Positions 22,205-32,301 of a stretch of 32,301 nt of DNA are shown here, one piece after another; the stretch's first letter is position 1; each line of letters starts with the position of its first letter. The stretch comes from Octopus bimaculoides (taxonomy: Eukaryota), in contig NC_068985.1 of NCBI RefSeq assembly GCF_001194135.2, forward strand, positions 85,241,496 to 85,273,796, in the 5' to 3' direction. The notes under the pieces were generated by a model, which was not told the DNA's origin, searched no databases, and was given only the letters and a program-made list of their open reading frames with translations. A program made the translations under genes and the position numbers.

Positions 22205-22592
22205 ACAAGGTGGAGTAGCTCTCTATGTTTTTTGACCCCTTCCATCATGATAGTAGATTTGCTCAGTGCCACCCATCAATGTAGGCAATAAATATCCCAC
22301 ACAAAAGTGAAAGCTTTGTTGAGTCACATATTGTGACTCTGGGATAGCAGTTTCTATGAACCTGACTGCTCTCAAAAATTAAGTAAAAAAACAGGAAAAA
22401 TAATCCAGAATTCTTGTCTGGTATTGGATCAATCCCAAAATCTAATCAGTTCGTGCCAGTCATGAGACCAAACATCCCTGAAAGTTTCATCCGAATCCAT
22501 CCAGCAATTCTGAAGATATCTAGTCTATTATAAACAAACTAACAAACACGACTGAAAACAATACCTCTGCCTTCACTAAGGCGGAGGTAATA
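22205..22592 (+). mobile_element. HINE/Helentron-like non-autonomous element
   Basis: aaagtttcatccgaatccatcc core, (ACAA)n-like tract and terminal hairpin tacctctgcctt-cact-aaggcggaggta. Left boundary approximate. Confidence 0.5.
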
Positions 22593-22594
22593 AT

Positions 22595-23420
22595 TTCTAA
22601 CATTGGTACCACGAGGAGGAAACAGTTAATTATATCAATCCCAGGACTTGGCTAGCACTTACTTAATCAACCCTGGATGGATAAAAGACAGGATTTGAAT
22701 TCAGAATACAAGCTAAATATTGCAAGGCATTTTGTCCAATGTCCAAACGATCCTACCTCCTCCCCCATAATAATAACAATAGTTTCTGATTTAGGCATAA
22801 AGCCAGTAATTTTGATGGGGGAGGGAATTACTTGAATCCATTGACCCCAGTACTTGACTGGTACTGTCTTTTATCAACCCTGGAGGGATGTAAAGGTAAA
22901 GTTTACCCTAACCAGATTTGAACTTGGAATGTAAAGAACCAGAGCAAATACCACAAGGTACTCTGTCTGATGCCCTAACAATTCAGCCAATCCACCACCT
23001 TTAAATTTCTAACAAAAGGACAAGGTTAGAAATTCGAGGAAGGGGTTAGTTAATTAAATCAACCTCAGTACTTGACTGGACTTTATTTCAATGATGCCCA
23101 GAGGGATAAAAAGCAAAGTTGGTCTCAGTGGAAATTGAACTCTGAACATAAATGCCACAAGGCGTTTTTTTTTTTTTCTGAGGTTCTCATGGTTTTTCCA
23201 ATCCACTACCCCTTAAGTCAATCCATTTAAAAATAATCATTTCCCATATAAACACAAAGCTTCAAATTTATAGGATGGGTATCGTTGATTCTATCAACCC
23301 CAGTAGTTAACTGATACTTATTTTAATAATCCTAGAAAAGCAAAGTTGCTCTGGACAGAATTTGAACTTAGAGCAATCACTGCAAAGGCATTTTATCTGA
23401 TACTTTAACAATTCTGACAA
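22595..23420 (-). mobile_element. Four head-to-tail diverged family-D tRNA-head SINEs
   Basis: Each repeats ccccagtacttgactgg..ttttatc.accc..ggat.aaaggcaaagtt..atttgaact..aaggcatttt..aattct.cca. Confidence 0.7.
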
Positions 23421-23670
23421 TAGTGATAAAAATTACAGATGTAGCCAGTTGGACACAGGTTAGTTTGGTCATAGGAAGACCACACATACACACGTACATG
23501 TAAGAATACAAACTGTTGGTCTCTAAGCTGGTTGGCCAAGACCCCACTAACTCAGTTATCCACATCCATGCCCGTGTAGTCCCAATAAATGAATACTGTG
23601 TGAACTCCTCTATATACTTCTCAAAACTCGGTGCAGTTGATTCTGTGTCTGTATGTATGTGTGTGTGTGT

Positions 23671-23704
<34 letters not shown>

Positions 23705-24056
23705 GAGCAAGGGACAGCAAAAGATCAACCCCACTACTTAACAAGTGGATCGGGCATTTTAGGAATTAAAAGTTTCGGCCAGGTACAAAGCAGTACTCAC
23801 AAGTTAAATCAACCCTAGTACTTGACTGATATAGCTAGTAGACTGGCTTTTTTAAGAGTTAAACGTCTTTGCTAGATACAATATCAAGCAAATTAAATCA
23901 ATTTTAATGCCTGGCTGGTGATATAAACAAGATACAAACTTCTAACTTCAATTAGTTGTCTGGTATCCACTTCACTTGGTCACTTGCCACACACACATAC
24001 CCACATATAATCAAAATACTGTGAAAAACAAGCAACAATAACTACAGGTGACATAC

Positions 24057-24179
24057 CTTTAGGCGAGAAGATCCCTGAAGTGGCACCTTCAGCTGATCCA
24101 AAGCAGAAGATTCCACTAAGATATTGGTCCATGTTTTTCCTTCTGATTTCCCAGAAGCTTCTGAAGTTGCTGTCTCCAT
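24057..24179 (-). CDS. HPS5: HPS5 first coding exon (41 codons)
   Basis: ATG at 24179 with in-frame TAA immediately 5'. Encodes METATSEASGKSEGKTWTNILVESSALDQLKVPLQGSSRLK, resembling the human HPS5 N-terminus ([24 protein letters not shown], recalled). GTATG donor, phase 0. Acceptor ttccatgacAG at 24218-24219. Confidence 0.88.
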
Positions 24180-24217
24180 TTACCTAGCAGGCCATCCAAT
24201 ATGTAAAAACGAAGAAC
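24180..24217 (-). other. HPS5: 5' UTR part of the first coding exon; implies at least one more upstream non-coding exon
   Basis: Pyrimidine tract plus AG (attttttccatgacag) 38 nt upstream of the ATG. Confidence 0.6.
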
Positions 24218-24280
24218 CTGTCATGGAAAAAATATAATCTACATGGGCATGGATGTGGATTATAGTGAAGAAATATCATC

Positions 24281-24470
24281 ATCATCATCATCATCGTTTA
24301 ACGTCCGCTTTCCATGCTAGCATGGGTTGGACAATTTGACTGAGGACTGGTGCAACCAGATGGCAACATCAGGCTCCAATCTAATTTGGCAGAGTTTTTA
24401 CAGCTGGTTGCCCTTCCTAGCGCCAACCACTCAGAGAGTGTAGTGGGTGCTTTTATGTGTCACCCGCACA
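24281..24470 (-). mobile_element. Truncated RTE-type 3' tail copy
   Basis: (CAT)n cgtttaacgtccgctttccatgctagc ... gtcacccgcac. Confidence 0.85.
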
Positions 24471-24664
24471 AATATTTTTAAAAAAAGAAGCTAAAACAGA
24501 AACAACAGCAGTATGTTCACAACATTAGTCATAAATAAGTGTATAGTTCAAAAACGTTCTGATTTATAAATACTTCAACTTAAACCTCTTATTTCAGTGA
24601 TTTCTTCCCTTATACTTGCATGCATAACTTAATGCTTTAAGCTGCATTAGTGAAAGGAAATAAT

Positions 24665-24878
24665 GTCTTTGGAGTGGGGTAGTACCACAAGGCCTGAGAT
24701 TTTGGGGAAGGGGGCAAGTCAATTACATTAATCCCAGTGCTCAACTAGTACTTATTTTACTGACCCCAAAAACATGAAAGTCGACCTTGGCGGAATTTGA
24801 ACTCAGAACATAAAGATGGACGAAATATCACTAAGCATTTTACCCAGTGTGCTAACGATTCTGCCAGCTCACCACCTT
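24665..24878 (-). mobile_element. Family-D SINE
   Basis: aaagtcgaccttggcggaatttgaactcagaac..gctaacgattctgccagctcaccacct. Confidence 0.75.
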
Positions 24879-25954
24879 CACCTAGATAATATATGCAATC
24901 AGTTATTTCTAAAGAGCTTTTAACACATGAAATCAATCTTCACTGTTAGTTTGTGATAACACTCTACTTCTTGTGCATCCATAATTTACTCCTCTTCACT
25001 CTTTTTCTGTAAATTAAGCACATACACACATACCTATCTATTTTGCTTTCAATTACCATATTGTATGCACAACAACATAGAAATAGAGGAAGAAAAGAAA
25101 TGAGTAAAAGTGAAATGGAGAACTACTGAAGTGCGAAAATAGGTTTAACAAGAGCAAGAATAATATAATAAATACATGTAAGAAGGTTATTTAATTTTAA
25201 AAAATACATAGAAAGTTGAAAAGTTCTAATATTTTCATCAAAATACTTTAAATCAATGAGAATTAACCAACTCAGACATGCATGCAAAAGTAATTCTTGT
25301 TTCTGGATTTGCTAGGCAACAAACTGTTAGAAATGGAAACAGATTTAGAACATCAAATAGAATTTGTTTTGTGTAAATAAATATATACAAATAGATGTGA
25401 CACAGAAACAAAACAAGCAGGAAATGCAAAAAAGCACTGAAACAAATAGAGATCGAGTGAGAATTAGAGGAAATGGAACAAAATTAGTCTTCTGGAAATA
25501 AAGATGAAATACTGTTATTGGTCTTTCTGAAAATAAATGAGCTATGTCCATTATTTGTCTCTCTACAATTGTTGGTCTAATTAAATCTATGTTTATGTCT
25601 CACATGTGTATTATTTATATTGGCAACAGCAAGACCATCGGGTTGTAAAAAAATCTGCCTTAACAAATTCTATGCAAGCATGGAAAAGTGGATGTTAAAC
25701 AATGATGGTGATGGTAATTATCTCTATCCAATGTGATTATCTCTGCTCAATATAGTATTAATCAATGATGATCATGGCAATTATCTCTGTGGTCATGCTA
25801 GGACACAATCAGTTATATATTTTTCTGACGTAATAAAATACTGAGTAATCTTATGTTGGTTCATTACAAATACATTATCGGTACCTTATGTCACCAAAAG
25901 TTAAGTCGTCCAATGAAGGAATCAAATGCTGATATACAACAAACTGAAACACGA

Positions 25955-26230
25955 TTCAGCCACTGGCTCACAGGCATACTGTCTCTACTCTGTCTTTTCT
26001 ATTGCGACTATAATAGCCTCTGTTCTTCAGAGTCCTGTTCATCCTTAACTCAGCTAGCCCTTACTTATTTGTTTTCCCACTTCACGTCACCTGTGTTGTA
26101 TCCAACCCTTCAGAGCATGCATTAACTACTATGACCAATTCTTCTTCTCCAGAGCACCAACTTTCTGGAATCTTCTCCTTGATCACGTCTTGTTACAACA
26201 GTTTAAATGGAACATTAACAACATAGCCAG
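25955..26230 (+). mobile_element. Degenerate CR1/Jockey-group LINE 3' ORF end
   Basis: Frameshifted remnants QPLAHRH, LCLFYCDYNSLCSSE and YDQFFFSRAPTFWNLL resemble L.HRR..LCLFYRY....CS.EL..SFF.RT..LWN.LP. Confidence 0.6.
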
Positions 26231-26339
26231 TCTCAGAAAGCCTGCAAAGATAATGGGTACTGCCTCTACATCAAACAACATACCTAGTTCCATCCGTCAA
26301 CCATCAACACAATCACCACACCTCTAGAAATAATATATT

Positions 26340-27540
26340 ATGTAATAAAACCTATATTTAGAGATAGTGTTGATGATGACAGAGATAGTTGGATACGTAG
26401 CTTGAGTGTTTACATTTTGTGCCGACTTGCTAAAAACGATAGGTATATCTACCACAAATCACATCCGACAGGAAAGACTTCTTGATTGGATAAGGTTGTC
26501 TTAGATAAATAAAATGGAATAATTATGATTAGAACTACTCTGATCATAAAGGTCTGCTTGATCTGACAGCTGATATAGTGTTAAACAACTATGTAATTCA
26601 ACGAGAGATATTTGATACCATGTGATTGTACAATAGTATTTCAATACACAGCAGCAAGATTCATCGGAGATAAATAACCAAAGAATAAAGTACGACAAAT
26701 TCAAAGATAGCACGTTAATAAGGTTACAATTGGTAACTGTCCTGTTACACGGCGAGGTTGTCAAAGTGAATCACAGACCTGGAATAAGGAAGTAACTTTT
26801 ACCCTAAACATATATATTTCGCACCGTGTGCATGCATTTTATATTTCAACAACTTTTTGTAAAATGTGTCGCTAAAACAAACCTACATTTATATCAAAGA
26901 AGATGCCACCACATGTTCGTAAACAGGTGAGAGATGAAGCTGGCGAAAGAGAAATAACGACTACTATACAGTTGTCAAAATACCATGGAGATAGGCGAAG
27001 GTAATTAAGTGCAATAAACACTCATAGAACACCCACAGTTAAAATGCCAACTTGATTGGCCTGTGACAAATTCAGAAGTAATACAAGTATTATTTACGTT
27101 TCTCTAGATTGTGCTTTGGTCCCAGGCCATCCCTGATTCAGCAGACTTATGGTCTCAAAAACATTCTATTCCTGACCAATTCATATTTTTCAGACAAAGT
27201 TAGTCTGGGACTACATCCTCCAATAATGCCCTTTCATTTTTAAGGGTGTTTTTTAAGGGAGGAATTGTCTACTACAGCGACTGTGTAGGGGCTCCCTCGC
27301 TTGCTCGTATTTTACCAGATCAGCCCTGAACATAGAAAAACTATGATCAAAAGAATTCTATCCGTAACCATCCGACTTTTTTTAAAGCTGTTCAGCTGTA
27401 AGTTGGTTGCTATTTCTAGCAAGGAACAAGCGTGACATACCTTAAATTTTCGTTATCAAAGGTATCCATCAACGGGGTATCCATACAGAGAGCATATGAA
27501 GACAGTGCAGCTCGACAGTCGAGGTTCTCTGTTATAGAAA
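26340..27540. promoter_or_regulatory. Candidate unmethylated promoter region of HPS5
   Basis: About 28 CpG in 26341-27540 versus 3 in 20701-21900 (hand count); lies upstream of the first coding exon. Confidence 0.35.
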
Positions 27541-30500
27541 GTGTGGAGTTGGGTGGGGCGGGTACACTACTTCCTACGACCTGTATATAGAAAATCTACT
27601 TTTCGAAATGTTAGCTGACTAATACATTAAAAGTTTATTTATTATTTATAAGGAAACTTAAGAGTAATATCTATTGGGTATTCACATTTGTTTATGCTTT
27701 TTATATAACTATTATATCTACATAATTCTTCTTTATTTCCTTATTGGCCACAAAAATCGCGTATATCTACTATTTATTAAATACTGTGTGTGTGTGTGTG
27801 TAAGAGAAAAAGCACGTCTATTGAAAATGACGGGAAAATGGGAGATACACATATGGAATGCATAATCGACACATAAAATGAAAATGTCTTCGATTATTAT
27901 ATTACGTGTTGATGATTCATAATTAAAAAAAAAGTGTTGGGCGTTATTTTAGACATCTCCCTTTTCAAAACAGCTTGTCTAGTTTACAGGCATCACTAAC
28001 GAAACTGTATACCTTCCATGCAATTCATTCAACCTTCGATTTTACGATTAACAAACGAAAAAGAAAAACCTTTTGACTGACGGAGCCAGTCTGTCATCTA
28101 AGATGGTATATCAATGAGTTTGTTTACGACAGACAGCACCATGCTGCTACAGTTGTAACAGCAACAGCAAGCATGTTATTTGAAATTATTCAACACGCTG
28201 AATTAAAAACAAGGGGTAAAAATCTACAAGTGCACATCTACGTGTGTGTGTGTACATGTGTGCGCGCGTGCGTGTGCGCGCGTGTGTGTGTGTGTGTCTG
28301 GTGCGCACGTACAAGAGTGGCCAGTAGCTGCATAATATAGCTGATATTGAAAAAATGGCATCAATGGTTCGTGTTGCGCAACCAGCACTACCTTTGCTAA
28401 ATGCTTCAAGTTGTTAACATTTTATTTATCTGTATAAAACTTAAGTTTTATAATCAACACAATATATTCGTTCATTTGTAGCGAAAAGCGTAGATTCCAA
28501 GGTACTATTAAAAAAGAATACAGTAGAGCTAATTTACCCATTCATGGATACATCGATAAGACAAAGGAATCAAGCAATCGATTCTACTGTGCGCATCTTT
28601 GACAATGAATGTGTGTGTGTGTGTACAGACGGATGGGATGTCCCTGCTAAGCATCCACATCTACAAGGCTTTCTTTGTAACATTCTCTAGATTTCATTAT
28701 TTTCCTTCGAGAGTAATACACACACGTCTGTCTATGTGTATATCATTCGTTGGTCGGTCTATAATGTTAGCATAAGAGCCAAGTGATAGCGGCAGGGATG
28801 CAGAGATGAGAGAGGAATATAATTAGGGAGTGAATGATTAGTTGTGATAGATAGAATGGCGAAGAGAGAAAGAGAAGCTTTAGCTCGATTTTTAAATAAA
28901 ACAGAAATTACTGAGGATAGAATATTTTTCTTACTTTATTTATATACTATACTCACCAACTCAAGCCTTTGTTATGATTTCTCTAGTCTGTGTTTAACTA
29001 TGCAAACTCCATTATCCAAGAGACATATTTGCATAACGATACAGCTAACAAGTGGGTTTGAAACAAACACCTGCAAGTCATTTTCGACAAACTGAAAATG
29101 AACCTAAAAGAACACTACAGCAAAACAATAATAATGATGATTTTGTTGGGCACAATATTGATTTTTTTTTTATCTGAAAACCTGAAATTTACCTTATACA
29201 ATTAGCCATTGCAATTGTTTACTAGTAAACAATTTCTCTTTTCAATTTAGTTTTAAGCGAAAGATGAATATTTATCATAAATTTTTAAATTGACTGTTAT
29301 GTTATTGGTATTAATATTTAGCGATTTATCTAGTTATGACGAAAGAAAGAAAAAAAATTAATAAAACGACCCATAGGTAAATTGATCCAAAAACCTAAAA
29401 GTACAAAATTTGCATACACCTCGGATAAGAGAATTCATAGAAATTTAGGATACTATGCCTGATATAAAAGAAAGAAATTATGACATATTGATCACGGTTG
29501 GAAAGCTTTTGTTCATGATCAGGGCTGCCATAGGACTACAGAACAACAACGAACAAAATGCATTTCACATTTAATCTCGGTCGAAATAATTATAATTTTT
29601 TTTCACCTAACACAAAGGTTTCAGTAAGTATATGTAGAGGGAGGGGATAATAGTGCCTTTCTCAAACGAGCTAATATTTTTTTTTTTTACATAGACACAA
29701 TAATTGGTAATTAAACAATTATTGGGAGGTTGATGATACGGTGCATGTATATTATACAAACACATACATATATGTATGTACGATGTAGATGCATCCATAT
29801 ATAACAATCATCGTATATATACATAGATATTTATGCATAATACAAATGCATGTACATAAATATATATTCTTACATAACATACATGCGCACAGATTTTGTA
29901 TTTAGTATTTCTTCGTTATACACCCAAAACTACGTGCTGTATATAATGCATGCACACACACACCTGGAGATGGAAGGGGTGGGGGTACGCATGGCTGATA
30001 CAATGAATGAAAATACTAAGTGCTAGTGACAACGTTTAATGATGACAACGGGTTCTTACAAGCGAAAAATAGATAACGTGTTCTCCGACAATATTAAAGA
30101 ACGAAACAGTGTTCTGTTGTGGAAAACATACACACACACACCCTAGAATACCAAGGAAATCGTAGCGAAAGCTAAAACAGACGGAAATAAATGAAGTAGA
30201 GAAGCAGAAGAAAAGAAAATAGCACATAAATTAAAGCAAAACGAACAATTATAGTGATTACATTTTTTCTTATATGCTTTAAACACTTACTTTATCAGTA
30301 GTGGACAACCCGTTTTGTTTTCTTTGCGTAAAGTACCCAGGGTGTAATTAAGAGCACACACCTATCCGTTCTCACATGATACATTCTCTTTAAATCGTGG
30401 GATGCACTAAGTCGAAACAAAAAGAACAAACTAGTCGATCATATTTACTTACGTAAGCCTCGTTATCGGACATTCCTATTGATATGGGTTATTTTTGTCT

Positions 30501-30866
30501 TGCAGTGCAGACGACGCGAAAATTTTTTTTATAACAGTATGGACTGCGGCCAAGCTGGAGCACAGCTTTGGAAATTCAGTTTTTTTTTTTTTTTCTAAAA
30601 AGAAGAGAAAACTTATGAGAGAGTTCTAGATGGATTATTTTAAGAGTAATATTGGAAGTATTTCAAACTGATAGTGTTGGTTGGTAACTTTCCACTTTTT
30701 TTTTGTTTGTTTTACTTTGCACTGCAGCTAGACAGGGGCACTGCCTTCAAAGGTTTATGCCAAGTGTTAATTCTATCGGTCGCTATTTACTGAACCGTTA
30801 AGTTATGGGGATATAAACAAACTAATATAACCAATGCAAACATGCACACACACACATACATACATA

Positions 30867-31430
30867 CATCATCATCGTTTAACGTCCGCTTTCCATGCTA
30901 GCATGGGTTGGACGATTTTATTGAGGACTGGTGAAACCGGATGGCAACACCAGGCTCCAATCTAATTTGGCAGAGTTTCTACAGCTGGATGCCCTTCCTA
31001 ACGCCAACCACTCAGAGAGTGTAGTGGGTGCTTTTACGTGTCACCCGCACGAAAACGGCCGCGCTTGAAATGGTGTCTTTTATGTGCCACCCGCACAAGA
31101 GCCAGTCCAGGGACACTGGCAACGATCTCACTTGGCTTGCCGGGTCTTCTCACGCACAGCACATTTCCAAAGGTCTCAGTCAGTAGTCATCGCCTCGGTG
31201 AGGCCCAATGTTTGAAGGTCTTGCCTCACCACCTCAGCCCAGGTCTTCCTGGGCCTACCTCTTCCACGGGTTCACTCAACTGTTAGGGTGTGGCACTTTT
31301 TCACGCAGCTATCCTCATTCATTCTCACCACATGTCCAAACCAGCGCAGTCGTCTCTCTTGCACACCACAACTGATGCTTCTTATGTTCAGCTTTTCTTT
31401 CAAGATACTTACACTCTGACGGGTATGCAC
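30867..31430 (-). mobile_element. 5'-truncated RTE-clade LINE (ORF end 31128-31430, 3' UTR, (GAT)n tail)
   Basis: LKEKLNIRSISCGVQERRLRWFGHVVRMNEDSCVKKCHTLTVE*TRGRGRPRKTWAEVVRQDL..LWKCAVREKTRQAK*. RRLRWFGHV.RM and GRPRKTW are RTE hallmarks; two internal TGA stops. Confidence 0.88.
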
Positions 31431-31624
31431 ATTGACATTACACATCCATACATACATTATATATTTTAAATACACACACATATACACACGCATATATATA
31501 TATAGTATAATTCAGGTAATAACCTCATAACATACATTTAAGAGCATATACCATGCATCACTCTACAGCAGGATATTTCCCAAGGCTGGAGAAACATGTG
31601 GAACACCACTATTGTATAGGATTA

Positions 31625-31915
31625 ATATAAGAGTAATATCACAGAAGAATGGAAAATGCCACACTGACAACATTTGTTTCTGCACCAGCCTTTACTTGAT
31701 GAGTTTACATTTATATATCATTATGTAAGATAACTCCTTAGAATTACTAGATAATTAAATATTCAATTTCATAGTAATTTTAAAGAATGATCTTATATAA
31801 TCATATATAAATCTAAACTCAGCATCTTGAAGCTGGTGTTTGGTGCAGAAACAAATGTTTTGATGTGCTATTAAGGCCTGGTATTTTCCATCTTCATATT
31901 ATACTATTCTTATAT
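31625..31915. mobile_element. Foldback (long-TIR) element
   Basis: The two halves are imperfect reverse complements around a loop of about 22 nt; AT/TA-rich ends. Confidence 0.7.
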
Positions 31916-32301
31916 ATATGACATTGACCACTAACGTGGACATTTAATGTGCTAGAAATAGATCACATCTTGTGTCTAAAAAGACCTAATTTGTTCTCAA
32001 CATGAAATATAGCGTGATACCAAAACGTAAGCGGGCAAGACATTTAAAATCACCGAAAAGGAACATTATTAAACAGGTACCGGTTTCAAATTTAACAATC
32101 TTACCGACTGTCTATTTCTCTTCAGCCTGATTTGTAATGGAACCATAATCATCAGAACCCCATACAAAGTTGCCCACCGCCATAGGTGCGCGTGTATATG
32201 GTTCTGCTAATTACAGCTTAACGGTAAAATTCAAAAGTCTTCGTTTTGGCGCGCTAACTCCAGGAATATGTCTGCAGAGAATATTTACTGCGTCGCATAT
32301 A

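Noticed and set aside
2237-24179. TECPR2 as an alternative identity
   Set aside because: It has a related propeller, but SSRLK, SRRYVALGS and ARPGSRMWE match HPS5; TECPR2 has SRPGLRLWK as I recall.
32126-32185. 60-nt plus-strand exon phase-compatible with 26903-27000
   Set aside because: Weak GTGCGC donor and unrecognised peptide; phase match alone is a one-in-three chance.
26900-32301. GTF2H1 head-to-head with HPS5 as in human
   Set aside because: No GTF2H1-like peptide seen in any frame I read.

Overview
AT-rich, repeat-dense eukaryotic DNA with 5 N-gaps. The SINE, RTE and MITE repertoire suggests a coleoid cephalopod, probably Octopus (inference). The only host gene I can support is the 5' part of HPS5 (BLOC-2 subunit, WD40 beta-propeller) on the minus strand. 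Seven GT-AG coding exons (24057-24179, 21926-22039, 14666-14730, 12433-12616, 9499-9629, 6401-6433, 2237-2327) join in frame to 741 nt / 247 codons: METATSEASGKSEGKTWTNILVESSALDQLKVPLQGSSRLK-YTCISVSRRYVALGSNTGGVYVFGRQNFNNLRVVFADM-KADTINLVSLSPFDNNVGFANS-MGQVFVMETNIEKRTKPEKLRMSNIHVGRIVTAVAWNTTGSQFFIGDNMGTVSIIYVSNSK-AKDLFGQPLDVILNLDSAIVQMDWAREKLLVSTLTRCYLCLTDK-AKYFQIGKKLR-DGKFGTCFYHNSSLSTPLIYSARPGSRMWE. The gene runs off the left edge. Introns hold tRNA-head SINEs, LINE 3' ends (RTE, R4/Dong, Hero, CR1-like), piggyBac- and hAT-type MITEs (some nested), Helentron-like elements and a Penelope-like relic with a decayed hammerhead motif. I found no convincing new multi-gene system. The best leads are structural: a 104-bp local inverted duplication, a 76-bp loopless palindrome ending a CpG-rich unclassified insertion, inverted SINE pairs around exons, a 33-nt microexon, a uORF with an overlapping cryptic donor at the start codon, and a sharp CpG boundary near 26.3 kb. 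All alignments and counts were done by hand and no database was searched; repeat family names are from recall.
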